A stretch of DNA of 64,000 bases from Marsupella aquatica (Eukaryota > Plantae > Marchantiophyta). Location: positions 13,978,545 through 14,042,544 of the forward strand of contig OZ316893.1 in NCBI GenBank assembly GCA_973895155.1. The letters run 5' to 3'. The notes beneath the pieces are model-generated. The model had not been told where the DNA came from, did not search any database, and was given only the letters and a program-made list of their open reading frames with translations. How positions within the stretch are numbered: the first letter of the stretch is position 1; each line of letters starts with the position of its first letter. Made by a program: the position numbers and the translations under genes. This document shows, piece after piece, positions 1 to 13,700 of the stretch.

Positions 1-1832
1 GCTTAGTTAATAAGGCCTAAGAGATTTACCATTATTTACTCCTCTTACTAAAAGTAAAGAGAAGTCTCATACTGCCCCAATCTAAATTGTACTGTGCATT
101 CGTCTCCATAAAGGCATCTAAATTCCTTAGAGAGAAATCTTGCATTAACGAATCACATCGGCTGCTATCATGGGGCTGCAACATTCTTTTTAATTTTAAA
201 TTCCACTCAAATAAGATTTAACACCGACCATAATCATATCCGTAATGCTCGGCGCGCTGTTCACGTGCTATCACCAGAGTAATGATGCCTTAATAGTGTT
301 GATATATAATATTGATAACGTTCTCGAGTCCTTGAATGAATTTTTGCACTGAGCTGAGTCCAGAGTACCAGGCTGGAGAATGAGAGCATGTTTACGAGAA
401 GTCTGTGCAGCGCAATTGTGCCATTGATGAATTCCACCGCTCTGTGAGACGCCAAAGCGAGCGAATGAAGACGGGATAGAATATTTGTTTCCCAGAAATT
501 TAAGGCTTGATGTCCAGTTTGAGGCCACAGGCCAAAGTTCGATGTCTATCATCCCCCATCTGTTGTCCTCTGGTAATGTATCCGCTCAGGAGGCCGTTCC
601 GAGGCTATGAACTCACACTTTGTTCTCCTTGTGTTCAAATTCAGAGATTCTCTATTTGAGCTGAAGTGGTGCACTGATCGACGCCTTTGGAAACCCAGTG
701 TCTGATGCTTCAGTTCACTAGGTTAGATTACCTATCACATTTTCACAGCGACTTTCATCCCGAAATTGATGCGTGCTGAGGTCACAGTCTCCATGAAGTC
801 ATATTCACCTTCGAGCCAAAGAAATGGTCGACCAGCTAGCCCTAGGACGTGCGAGCCGCACTCTCGAGCTGCTACCCGTGTTCAGGGGCACCTGGTGAGA
901 CAACGCCGTAATCTAGATCAAGCCAGCGAATGATCTATAATTGGTTATTGTGGACCTAATGAAAGAACAATACACTGCATCATAAAAATAAAGTTAATAC
1001 AGCAACGAAGACATCTCCCAAGTACGAGAGGAGGTCCTCCAATCCACCCTTCCCCGGGTAGTCCCCAAAACCAGAACTAACCTTGTCATGGGATTTTGAG
1101 CAGGTATGGATTTACCATTAGAAAGTTCACATCTTTTTCCGGGTTTCAATTTGACGTGAAAAACCAAATCTCCACTAGTAACAAGCCTGATCTGTCGATT
1201 GCTTTACACTTTTCTTCCCAAATGAGTCACGACAGTAATCTAGTAGCATCGTGAGACACGTACATGATCGAAATTGAGTTTCTTGATGCTTTGGACATGA
1301 CCAGTTACTGGTTCTCTTGGCGTGTCCCTGGCCTCAATAAGCTCGGTACAGAACTAGCATCGACTGGATTAGAAAAGAAAACAACAAGAGTGCTGACAAA
1401 ATTCGCATTCGGGTAATACTAATGGAGAAAAGCTAACCTTTTGCCATTTTTTATTTCTTTTGCCTTGAAAGATCATTTGGAATTCCATTCACAAAGACAG
1501 CCTTTGCCGTTCTTCTGCCCTGGTGAGATTTGGTCAACTCTATAAAAACGATGGGCAATTGTTGGTCAAAGGAGTGCTTTCCAGAGAGCTGCCTTCATAG
1601 CTCGCTTACTACCCTAAACCAAAATCACGTGACTGAGTTGTTGGTTGCAAGCTACGTAGACGCTCTTTTTTCGTCTTGAAAACTCTACTTCAATCAAAGC
1701 TAGACTTTCGTGAGGCAATAGAGTTTCCCCTAAATGAGAATATATCATGCTACTCATGGTGTATATGCCCTTGCCACAGGGTGAGTTAGGTTTAGGCCTC
1801 CGCTCTTGACTTGTGAAGCAAACACAGATGAA

Positions 1833-2017
1833 AGTACCAGAGCCAGATGACTAAGTACTCAGTTTTGCCTCCAGGTGCGTGCTCTTTCACCTAGAACTTA
1901 GTCATCTGGCTCTGGTACTCATTTTTGCCTTAGTTGAGGTACCTGAGCCAGATGACAAAGTTCTAGGTGAAATTAAGAATTCCAGGTGACATTAAGAATT
2001 CTAGGTGAAATTAAGCA
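1833..2017. repeat. Mosaic of alternating inverted repeats plus a 19-bp tandem repeat
   Basis: 1833-1856 AGTACCAGAGCCAGATGACTAAGT is the perfect reverse complement of 1896-1919. 1885-1918 is the reverse complement of 1939-1972 with 2 mismatches. TTCTAGGTGAAATTAAGAA occurs about 3 times in tandem at 1961-2017. Confidence 0.85.
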
Positions 2018-4917
2018 TAGTCCATCAATAGGAGCAAACCAAGTCATCGATTGAGCACGAGGATAGAATTCGAAAAGCCCCAAGATAGGACACAGATGTA
2101 CAGTGTACTGGAGGGACGATCAGGTTAATGCATGCCCTGAGCAAAACTTAAACCATTGGGCAGCATAGATTTGTATCTAGAGTTATTTTACTTTCTACTC
2201 ACCTGTACATTGATACATGGTGCCCTACATCTAGCTTGGAATCTTCATAAAATATGCATTTTCCCCAAATCAAATTTCTCCAACACTACCTAAAATTTTG
2301 TGCCAGGACTTACATTTCAATAATGATTAATTTTTCCCATGAAGTAGAAGTACCGACGAGCTATATATGCAGCTGGAAGGTGTGACAAATCCAGCCCATC
2401 CTAAACTGGATTCACCTGTAGTTCTTTGAGTTCCTTTCATAGCCTCTATTTGTCCTGACCCCCTATTTGACCCAGTTCTCACCAATTTGTTCACCCTCTC
2501 CATTTACGAAGACTTCTGAGATGATCAATACCGACTAATATGGTTCGTTACATGGCATGGTGAATGGACGCCGTCAAAGCACACACACTTCCACCGAGAT
2601 GTCTTTTGCGACACGGTCAATGATTGGTTACATTCGCCGTGTCGGTTCTCGTTTCTTTTCTCAAGATCGCCGTAATAGTAGGCTTGCCGAACGCCAATTG
2701 GGGTGCACCCATTCCATTCTGGCTCCCACGCTGTCCCGGTCCAAGACGAAAATGCAGCAGCTCGGAACACTACAGCAATGCACACGGCCCAAGGTCTCCA
2801 GCATTGCTCATGATTGTCTCCCAATACGGCATTACGCGGGGCGGCGAGTTATGGCCGTGCACTCACCATCGAGGGAAACGTCTGGCTGCGGATCATGGGG
2901 TGGCCTGCTTGTTTTGGTCAAAGAATTGAATCTCGAGCTACATGACTCGAGAGAGGTAGGATGCAGAATTTGCATTGACCTTCTGGTTTGTAACCTAGTA
3001 ACATAATATCGACCTGTCCGAAAAACGAAACCGGGCATATACCCAGCTTACCACCAGAAAGGTGTGGAGGAGAAAGAAGTTCGGAAGTAGTGCCTATGGA
3101 CGTGCGCAGCCTCAATCATGTGTTCAACAGAAATATTGTACTGTAGAAAAACTCTAGCTGTGTGCAGGAACGAGGGCAGATTGCTGTCGACTGGGAATGC
3201 CGTATGTAGCGCCCTGATGCTGATACTGCAATGCTCACCAGCGCTTCAAATCAAACGTAACTTGTTGAGGAACTGTCCAGTAAACACCTTTTCAACGTTC
3301 CGATGACAACTGGTTATTGTCACTACGGTCCAGCAATTCTAAGCGTCGGCGAGCAGCTGATGAAACCTGAACAAGTCCCTATCTGGTCGCTGACGGTTCC
3401 GTCATACTACAATAACCCTTTCACGAACGTCCGTTGAAATTATGATCCAACAACGACCTATGTCTCTGTCAATTTTCCGTGGATCAACAACCTTGTACAT
3501 CTGGAGCAATCTTCTTCTCCCTCTAATTTGACGAACTAAGATGACTTTTGCTCCGTCAGAGGGTCTGAAGTCACTAACTACGTTCCTGTTCTCGGCGCAG
3601 AATGCGACTGCCAATTGCTACCCTCAAGAAATGGACAATGAGTGACGATGGTGCAAAGAATGACGTTAATAGCACTGTGCAGAGCATTTCTCTATCAACC
3701 GGGAAAACCTTTAGCCAATAGAAATCTAGGTTTCGAAGATAGGTAACATGATTGCTCGGCAAAGCGGCCATGGCGTAAGTCTCTGCTGAGTGATAGAGGT
3801 TGTGATTGTAGGTACACTCACCGGCTTTCTGGCACACAGACCTTTGGTTCACCTTGGGCTTTCCCTCCTTTGGGTGCCCCGCTGTATAGATCTGTTTCAA
3901 TGAATGGAATTAATGAAATGGTTCGGGGCACAAAGGTAGAGGTTATGATGAGTTTGATGGTTGGTGGTTTTGCTTTTGATTTCTTGCGGAGAACATTTAG
4001 CTCGTGCCATGTACCCACACGCCACCTATCATTAGCGTCAGTGACAATTCCTTCGGAATATCGACCTTGTATTGGTTCAATCTTCTGTAGACATTAATCG
4101 GGGCTAAAGACGACCGGATTATTCTTAGCAAAACTGGTCCTAGGAGACAGTTGGTCCTAGGAGACAACCGTATTCTCTGACAAGGAGGTCCGGCCATAAT
4201 CACTGAGTCAACTTAAGCAGGTCCATAGCTGTAGCCGATCAGAGAGAATTATAAATGACCTCCACAAGTTGGGCGATGGGAAGTCTTGAAACGATTGTGA
4301 GGCTGGTCTTTGTGGTCGCCAAATGCTTGTGAAAGACCGGGGTGAAAGAGAGTTCCTTAGCCACCGTTGTTGAGATCGCACCAAGGATAAGCTCTAAATT
4401 ATCAAGTACTTTCTGAACAGGCCAGGGAGAAAAGTGATTCCTTCATGCCAATAGGAGACTTACCACCACCAAATTATGTGGAATAGGTGGATAAGGATGT
4501 CGACCTTCATAGAGTTGAAGCTCCAGTTATGACAAAGACCATTGTTCCTAAAACCTCGCTTAAAACAAGACGGTTACTAACACAGAGAAAATACTCACGA
4601 GGTGAAGTCATACATTTTGTCAATCTGTTCTCGTTTAGTTATAACGGCTGATATCTTTCTAGATAACGGCTGCTATGGAAGAGACTATGAAATATTCTTC
4701 TTGTTTGTATCCTAATCAATGCAATGCGCTCTTAATTCCACAAGTGTCACTGTGGCAGAGGTAAAGACAAGTATATATGTCAGCCAGTTCACATGTAGGT
4801 TTGAGACAATAATCTGATCACCAACTCTTAGAGCAGTCAGTCATATTTGAAGACTTTTCTTGACTTCTAAAATTTATCACCGGCCGGTTAATTAAATATA
4901 ATCTCGTACGTGAGAAG

Positions 4918-4934
4918 TTTAGGGTTTAGGGTTT
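4918..4934 (+). repeat. Short interstitial plant telomere-like motif (telo-box)
   Basis: TTTAGGG TTTAGGG TTT. Confidence 0.6.
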
Positions 4935-5036
4935 TGACATTGAATCCAGCGAGCATGGTTGTGGTACTAAGATAATGGACAAGGCAGGACTGCTTTAGTC
5001 GTGGTCCTCAATTTGGGAAGACGGAGAAGAAATCTC

Positions 5037-5098
5037 CATCTTCCTACCAGCTAAGGTCCATACGCTGCATCTTCCTACCAGCTAAGGTCCATACGCTG
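5037..5098. repeat. Perfect 31-bp tandem duplication
   Basis: CATCTTCCTACCAGCTAAGGTCCATACGCTG x2. Confidence 0.95.
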
Positions 5099-6109
5099 CA
5101 GTAAGAAATCTCCCTCTTCAAACTGAGTCATCACACTTATCATGAGCTTAAGAAGCTGCGCAGAAAGTATCTACTTCTATAATATGTAATGCCGCCAAAA
5201 AGTTCTTTCGTCTGCTTACAAATTCAGAAATGGAGGGAACAAACCTGAGCCGTCAGATTTTTTCAAAGATTTTTTTGTACTCTTGGATTGATTGACCAGG
5301 TATGTCAAATGATATGCTCAATTTAATAGTAAAATACAAAGTATAGGAGATGATACTGATCTGACATCCTATATGAGAAGATACTTATGTGACATCATCT
5401 TACTTAAATGTGTTTGTTTTTTCAAATATGAAAGTACACACGAATGGAAGGAGAATCTTTTGGGGCATGAGAAACTTTGAGATTTTTGCAGAGCCTATGA
5501 GACTCTAGAAGGAAGGAAAATTGGTTAATTTTCTCCTTCTTTTTCTTCTTTGTATTTAGTTGTACATTTTTTCTGCTTATTTAATGGTGCCAATGTAAGA
5601 AAAAAGGGAGTAATGGTGTTGAATTGGAATGTAAAATTAGGAAAAACGGGGAGAGAAAAAATTAAAATATTCCCCTCCCAATAGTATCAAAGCACCCGGG
5701 GCCATCATTTCTCTTGCACTCGCTCTCACCCTTCACATCCTTGCTCTCCCCAACAATATGGTTTTCACAACAAAACAATTTTTTCTTCCAAAATAAAATA
5801 AAAATGCAAAAGCAAAGTCAAATCTTTTTACATATTTTGATTATTATTATTTCTATGTTTTATAGAAAATCAGTCCCAAATTTGTTATTCCATCTATACC
5901 TCCAACATTCTCTTTGAAAATCATGGCCAGAGTGACTTCAACGTCATAATGACGAGATGGTCGCAACAACATATGAGATGTCTAAACAACGTTCTTGCCT
6001 CACTTACATTAATTTGCATTATCTACAATTCTTTGGCTCACTTGCATCTTATAGCATTTCTTTACCTCGAGTCAAAATGTTCTCAAATCTTGGCCTCAAT
6101 GCAATGTAC

Positions 6110-6770
6110 ATTAAGCATGCCTTGACATTTTTGTCTTCTTTTGCCTTCACATCTTTGCCTTGCCTACATCTTTTGCTTCTCTCAAAATGTTTTTATCTCT
6201 TTCACTCATGTTGACATCTTTTCTCTCCTCGATTTTTTTCTCTTCTCAAAATCTTTTTCTCATCTCACCATCTTTTTCTCTCTTTGACATATTTTCTCAT
6301 CTCAACATTTTTTGCTCACCTCAACATTTTTTGCTCACCTTGGCATCTTTTGTTCACCTTGGCATATTGTCTCTCCTTGAAATCTTTTGCTCTCCTCAAC
6401 ATATTTTGCTTACCATGACATCTTTTGCTCACCTGGACATCTTTTCTCTCCTTTACATGTTTTATCACCTTGACATCGTTTGCTCACCTTGAATCTTTTA
6501 TCACCTTGACATTTTTTTCTCTCTTTGACATCTTTTGTCACCTCGACATCTTTCGTGCAACGCACGGGCATTGGGTTCTTGCAGGAAAACATGCTTACAT
6601 TTATCACCTTGACATCTTTTGCTCGCCTTGACATCTTTTTCTCTCTTTGACATGTTTTATCACTTGGACATCTTTTGCTTACCTTGATAGTTTTCTCTCC
6701 TCGACATCTTTTGTTCACTTTGACATCATTTATCTCCTCGACATCTTTGGTCGGCTTGACATCTTTCATG
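6110..6770 (+). repeat. Degenerate minisatellite (CTCACCTTGACATCTTTT-type) inside the Helitron
   Basis: Many diverged units of about 19-20 bp containing TTGACATCTTT. The same family recurs at 63290-63610. Confidence 0.85.
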
Positions 6771-6820
6771 CAATGCACGGGCATTGAGTTATTGCAGGAA
6801 AATATGCAGGGACCCTTACA

Positions 6821-7127
6821 TTTATCCCACGGATTCTGTTGACATATGACAAATCACTTCCTTTTTTATTTCATAGGGTCCAATTTCCCATTTGAGTGGC
6901 ATATGCAATGACCATAAACCGGGCCATAAACAAAGTTCAAGGTCTGTTAGACTTTAGAACATGTACTAGGGTTACAACTTTCAAAGCCCCTGCATTTAGG
7001 CACGGACAGTTGTATGCAGCATTTCAAGGGCAATATCTCCTACAACTATCAAGGTTTTACTTTCGGATTGCAAGGAGGGTCAAGCAAGGTTGACAAAAAA
7101 ATTGTATATGATGAGGTTCTTTATTGA
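6821..7127 (+). pseudogene. PIF1-type Helitron helicase C-terminal remnant
   Basis: Reads FIPRILL..LPFLFHRVQFPI*VAYAMTIN..NKVQG...PAFRHGQLYAA...VYDEVL, matching the C-terminal helicase motifs of the RepHel at 54700-55002. Contains stops and frameshifts. Confidence 0.85.
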
Positions 7128-7219
7128 ACGGGTGAATTAAGATTCTATCACTTTAATTTGTATTAATCTGTTTGACTTTTAATTTGCCTGAATACATGTT
7201 TGCAATGCACAACCATGTT

Positions 7220-7445
7220 TGCCTCGCCTCAAAATCTTACCTTACCCTCACCTCCAAAATCTTACCCTCTCCTCGACATCTTGCCCTCACCTCCAAATCT
7301 TACCCTCACCTTGACATCTTGCCCTCTCCTCGACATCTTGCCCTCACCTCGACATCTTGCCCTCGCCTCCAAATCTTGCCCTCACCTCGACATCTTGCCC
7401 TCGCCTCCAAATCTTGCCCTCACCTCGACATCTTGCCTTCACTCG
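7220..7445 (+). repeat. 19-bp minisatellite upstream of the Helitron 3' end
   Basis: About 12 alternating units CTCACCTCGACATCTTGCC / CTCGCCTCCAAATCTTGCC. Confidence 0.9.
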
Positions 7446-10400
7446 AAGTCTTTCGTGCAACGCACGGGCATGGGGCTAGTTTACCTATAACATGTAAATG
7501 AAATTGTGCCCGTCAATGTGGTGCAACACGCTGTACTTGAGAAGCCTGAAACATGGCATGGATTTAAAAGTAACAGTGCTGTTATAGTAGCTGTGGGCAA
7601 GACGCTGTAATTGGAGCGAGTCCCAAAACCTACGATAGGTATCTGCTTATCGTCCAAGTGCAAATGCAAATGCTGACGATGTGAGCGTCTCTCGTATAGA
7701 TGCCCACTTGTATGTAGAAGACCAGTTGGGATCATGCTTGGATTTAAGGTGATTTGAATTCTCTGGATATCTTCCAGACTAATAATAGACAAACTCGTGA
7801 CGTTTCTTACTTCGTCACAAAATTGAGCTTTCCCACAAAGGACGTTACATGCATGCGTTTGAATATGGAGGTTTGCATTGAGAACCTCTAGGACGATAAT
7901 TCAGAAGAGTTTTTGTCAAATGTCGGCATTTGATACAGGCAAAGATGGCTAATCCTGGAACAGGAGCAGAAACAGGACGGAATCTGCCGTATAATTAATA
8001 AGTGGTACTGACATAGAGAGATCTAAGCAAGGGAGGAATTAAACCTGTATGGCAATTACGTTGAACGATCTCTGTGTAGCTTGGTCATTTGAATTAAAGC
8101 ATGACGACACACACTATCCGGGTCCAAGGCAGTGTGCATTGGACCGAGGGAGAGCTTCCAGACCCTTGCAGTCGAGTTATTTGACCTGCTGAATTTCGAG
8201 ATCGGTTGCAGCACTTCAAATCAGGATTCCTGGGGATTTTCAAGGTTCCGAGAATTCTGCCCAACAGGTATGGCGACGAGGAGCAGATTGAAGACTGCAT
8301 CAACTCGCAGTAGAAGTCCCTGGTGCTGGAGATCGTGACCAATTTGGAGAGTGACGGAAACATATGAATTATGTTTGCAGCGCAGGTGCAATACTTAGAA
8401 ATATTATGCACATTCAATTTCTCTGACATGATGCCTTGCAAGGAGCACCCAAACTAAGACGTCTTTATGCCAGCTACAGAATTTTTATCAGGAGACTTGC
8501 CATTTTAAAGACGTTTGCTGCCCAAACCTTCCCGAGTTGCTCGTTACTTTGAGGTTTGTACACGTCCATCTATTGGCTACTACCATCATTGCCCAGCTCC
8601 AGGTGAGTGACTTGTCCCACCAGCACGAAGAGTACGAGACTTCTACGAGTGCTATATTCGAAACTGGATGTTATCCTACTTCGATTGGAGCTCTGGAGGC
8701 CACCCAGAACGGCGGAAGATGATAATTCTGGGACATCGAACACAATCAGTTCCTATTACATTTGCCTGCATTATGCACTGATAATCTGAGCTTTAGAGTG
8801 GGTTTTTTGGAGACAATTGATCATCGCCTTGGCCAAGTCAAGCCACCGGGCAGGCTTTTCCCAACTGTTGGTCGTTGCTCGAGACTTCTACAGATTAACG
8901 TAAACATACTTCAGGAATACATGTATTTATGTCACTCAGCTTGAAGCTGCACGGATTCGGAAATGAAAGCTTTCAGTGAAATCAATTCCGACACAGTCAG
9001 GCAATGAACAGGGACAGAGGGTGAAAATTCTGTCCCGAGTCACGATCTGCCAGAGGAGAAACAAACACATACTAAGAAGTTCAAATACCAGAGGGAGAGA
9101 TCAAACCAGGGAAGAATTAAAATTACAAAGCATAAAAAAATGCTCAAATTGAAGATGTCAGAGGTACACCAACGAAGAATTTCAAGTACTAAGAGAAATT
9201 CCGGGGATTATGCACCGATGGTGCCGTTTTAGATTGTCATCGGTCTCCTTGCCAGAGGTCGTCCGAAATGATGAAGAGGTAAAAGAAGAAGTGGATTCTT
9301 TTTTGGGCAGGAGAGAATTCCAAGACGTCTTGCCTCAGCTCAAGCTAGATGCAAAATTTTGTTAAGAAGACGGTCTTTTGCTCCCTGGTCAGTCTAATTA
9401 GACCTCAGGAAAGGTGAGAGGGTCTGCATGTCAAATCTTCCATCAAATGCTTGAATCTTGGCCTCGGGAGACGTCCGGTTGTGTGGGAACGACCTCTGCA
9501 GTGCTTTCGAGGGCGATTTCTAGGTGATCTCAGAGACTTCGGGATCGTTTCACGAGCTCTGCATTTTGGCACCGGTCGCAAGCTAGGATTTGCCCAGGCT
9601 TGCAGAAGTTGGACAGCTTTAATGCTCCAATTGCAACTGTTGCACCTCCTGGATCTTGCCAACTTTGAGGGCCTATTATTGCCCATATTGCCAATCTTGA
9701 CCGGGCATTCTTCCTCCAAGAATGCAAAAGTTAAGTCCTGATGGACAGGGGGTATGTTTTGCCCATCCCCATGGACTATTGTGTCAACTTTACACCCAAA
9801 ATATACGTGGGGCTATCTTAAGAAAGGACTATTCACTTTGAAAATGATGCCCCAAGTAGGTTTTGGAGGTGTCTTGACCAACTGTAAAATGCTAGGTTTT
9901 AGGATACTTGTGTATTTATTTAAAAAGAAATAGGATCTTTTAGGCAGCTCAAAATTTTCCAGCATGTTCTCTGATGTCCAATCTATTATCTGACAAAGTT
10001 TCATTTTTCCATTTGGTCCATCACCAATGAGTGCAAAGATAGTCAGATAATATAACCTAACCGCCAACGGATGCTTCACTTTTATGAAGGACACCCTGAG
10101 TAGTTTGCGTGAGCCGTGACTTACAAGTCACATATGAGTCAAAACTGTAAAGAGTATTATCCAAGCAGATTTTGATGTTCTGAGTCAGTCCGTGCCAGCT
10201 TTGGAAATACACAGGGACTTCACAGCAAACCCAGTCCATCCAGGCTTTACTTTCCCAAGAATGCTCTCAAACATATAAACTAAAAAATCACGATCTTCAT
10301 TAAATATACAATAATGTCCTGTTTAGACGGATATAATGCCTCTAGTTTTAAGGGGCTATTATTGCCTTTTTTTTCAAAAAGGGCGAAGCGCCAAAAAAAC

Positions 10401-10787
10401 CACACGAGGGGGCAAAAACCACCCAAGCAAGACAGAGAGGCCACCACGCCAAGGGCCAAGCGACCAACAAAAACACCCTAGTCAGGCCACTCAACCCTAA
10501 AGATCCAGGTCATGATGGCCCCTAAAGCAAACCAATTTGGATCCATAGTGTGCACCTTCCTGCTATCCTGCCACCGGCTGTCCTGCTGTCTACTGAGACT
10601 ATCTAAGTATGTCATCCTAGTACTACCACTGTAATTCGCCATATCCATACTCTCAAGTTTGGTCCTACTTGGATGGTAATAACCAATTCTCTTCGAAGAT
10701 TGATGCCGGTTAGTCACCCTGGTGAACTCCTTGTCACTGTTAGTCAGGCCATGGATATAAAGTCTCCCTTTGTCAGTGTTGTTTGTT

Positions 10788-13700
10788 TCAACCATCTTCG
10801 TCTTGAGTGTTCATTGCAATAGGGCTCTCAATAGTCTCCCAGGGCTTAAGGATTACCTGGAGTTGGTCAATGGCTTTCCGAATCTGCTTGCCCTTCTTCT
10901 CAGATGTACACATATCAAGCATGGCCTTGAGGTGGGTTTCAGCTTGGCGCAAGACCACCCATCCTGGGATTCTCCCCAGGAATTGGGAGTACGTAGCAGC
11001 ATTTCGCTCATTCCAAATACTGTTGCACAATTCCATAATGATGACCATCGGGCTAGGTTTCCGCTTATGCAAATGGACAGCCGCATTCACAGCATCATAG
11101 AGAGATCCTTGGATGACCTGCAGGGCAGTGGAATATTTCACAAGCCTCTGTACCTCCTGCCATCTGGTAATGACAGTGCGGCAGCTGAAAAAAAGGTGTT
11201 CAGTGTGCTCAAATTGCAGTTTGCACCTAGCACAAATACCATTGCTTACTCCCCAGTGGCTGGCCCTACCATTCGTGAAGAAACCATGGTTCATCAGCTG
11301 CCAGATAAAAAAGCGGACCTTAGGGAATGCCCACCCACCCCACAGTTTCTTACATTTTTGTTGTGTGGTTGGCTGATTTGTCCCCACCTTTTGTTTAGCT
11401 TCGTGACATCCAATGGTTGACATTTGTTGCAGGTGGCCCACACAGAGTTGGGGAATTTCCAGCCCCGATTTCTTCCCTTCCATCCCCACTACCAACCCTC
11501 ACTCTCGTGCAAGTTGTGCTCAATGATACCCGTGCTTTGCTGCAATTTGGTGTAGAAAATGCTGAATTCCTCGAATCCCACCATCCTAGTGCTTTGTAGC
11601 CTTGGGGTGATGGCTTCTTTGGGAATCCACCCACCATCCCGTGTCCTGAGGTCCAAGAGTTTCTTGATTCCACGATTAGCCAAGAAGCATCTCAAATGTG
11701 GATGCTTCCAAGATCAGAGAAAGTGTTATTGCGTAGATACAAGAGAACGGTCTGCTCAATAGACAGATTGGCAGGGAGCTGCCCCTCCCCAAAGTTGAAC
11801 TTCAGTTGCTTGCTCTTTTGGTGCCATCCTCTTAACAAACCTTTTAGCATTGTGGAGCCTTTGAGCTCAAGATCGTCACTCAGAAGTATGGCTTCACTAG
11901 CTGTCCATCAGGCTCTTCTTTCTTTCTTCTTGGGTCCAAAATGAAGCCCTCTCTTGATGATGTCATGAGCCATCTTGATTGATTCTCTGTCAGTGCCCAT
12001 GATGAGCTTAGTAATGTGTCGCATCTTCAAGGCTTGGGCCTGCTCCTCAAATGGCTGAATGCCCAATCCGCCATCACCTTTGGTGTTAGTAATGTCCTTC
12101 CAAGCAATCAAAGCTTTCTTGCAGCCAGTCTGTCGTGAGAGCCCCCACAGAAAATGTCTGCAAACTTTCTCCATCTCTTTGTACCCGTTCTGGTATAGCT
12201 CCTATGTCATCAAGTGATAGGTGGGGATGGAAAGTAGTACATGTTTTAGTAAAATCGATCGGCCAGCCATAGTTAAGCTTCTATTGGTCCAATGAGACAG
12301 TCTTTTCCTCAATTTCCCAATGAGAAAGGCAGCTTCATGTGCGGGCCTGACTTTGTACCCAATAGGGCTCCCTAAGTATTCGGTGACCTCCCCCTCCTTG
12401 GCAACCCAACATCCCGTAGCTTGCATCCACCCAGGGTAGATTTTGTCCTTGAGGTGAATGGGGATGATCTTAGATTTTTGCACATTCAGCAATGCCCCAA
12501 AAATGTTCTCATAGTTTCCCTAGCACAATTGAACTCAGCTTCAGTGGCTGCAAGGAATAGTCCGGTATCGTCAGCAAATAGTTGATAGCACAGTCTGTTT
12601 TCACCCATGAGTTTCAGCCCGTTGAGATCCCCACACTCAATTCTTCTCTTGAGCAATGCCATAAGCGGTTGAGTGGTGAGGGTGAAAAGGAGAGAGGAAA
12701 GGGGGCATATATCCTTGTCTCACTCCTCTCTGTAGGTCAATCGGTTCAATGAACCTCCCATTTATGTGGACTTTGGATTGGGTCTGCTCCACCAGACCTT
12801 TCATTCAAGTGGTCACCTCCTCTGCAAAATTCATCGCCCTAAGCACAGACCACAAGAAGGAGTGTGCGACCCAGTCATAGGCTCGGGCTTTCATTGGTGA
12901 AGTCCAGTTTGAGAAAAAGCAGCTGTTGTTTAGTCAGTTGTGTGTACTCTTGGGCCATTTTGTAGGTCATCAGGTTGTCCAAGATGTCCCTTCCTTCCAG
13001 AAATCCGGTTTGTTGTGGGTCCACAAGCTGAGATGCCACCTTCTTCACACAGTTTGCCACAAGCTTAGCTATCAATTTCTCAGTCTGTGATAGTGAGCAT
13101 AGTCAACGGTCTCTAGTTGATAAGGTCAACGGTATCCTGATTCTTGGGGATGACCTTAACTACCCCAGCAGAAGCCCGGGTTGTGAGTTTCCCATCCGTC
13201 CAGAAAGCCTGAACCATCGGAGTACAGGATCTGGTTTCATGTAAGTCCAATCATCCCTTGACCAGCATCTCTGCAGTGACACCGTCAATTCCCGGGGCTT
13301 TTTCCTTGGGGAGACTAAAGACCACTTTCTCAGTTGGCATGGCAGCAAGAGCACAGTTCTGTACATCCGTGACCTTGTTTGAAATCAGTGCCATGGCATC
13401 CTCCAGCAGGCCCTTGTGGTCTTCCACTCGTGGGTCAGCAGTGTACAAGTTCGAGTAGAAAGTCAAAATCTCCTTGAATGAGGATTTTGTCCTCATCATC
13501 TGTGATCTCCCCGTTGGCTAGCCTCAGGCTCTTGATGCTCTCCCTAGCATGTTTAGCTTTTAATTGGTTGAAAAAGTATTTTGTTGGTGCTTCCCCGAGT
13601 TTCAGCCACCTCACTCTACTCTTCCTATGCAACTTGATTGCTTCTTCCTTGGCTGATTCCCGAGTTTGTTCCTCCACCCTCCTGATTTCATCCAGCTTTT

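Larger units (their letters stand above)
5170..7479 (+). mobile_element. Non-autonomous Helitron
   Basis: 5' A|TCTACTTCTATAATA at 5170. 3' hairpin CGTGC-AAC-GCACG (7454-7466) followed by CTAG|T (7476-7480). Internal PIF1 helicase remnant. A|T target with no TSD. Confidence 0.85.

Noticed and set aside
6160-7501. ORFs with HLDIL/SPRHLAL repeats as genes
   Set aside because: They are translations of the Helitron minisatellite.
10376-10393. Hairpin plus T-run as a bacterial rho-independent terminator
   Set aside because: It is the 3' end of a eukaryotic LINE; the stem is only 4-5 bp.
10478-10795. Possible LINE ORF3
   Set aside because: No motif; fits a 3' UTR. Would need conservation among copies.
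10770-11420. 216-aa plus-strand ORF and similar long antisense ORFs over TE genes and the P450
   Set aside because: Shadow frames of genuine opposite-strand coding sequence.
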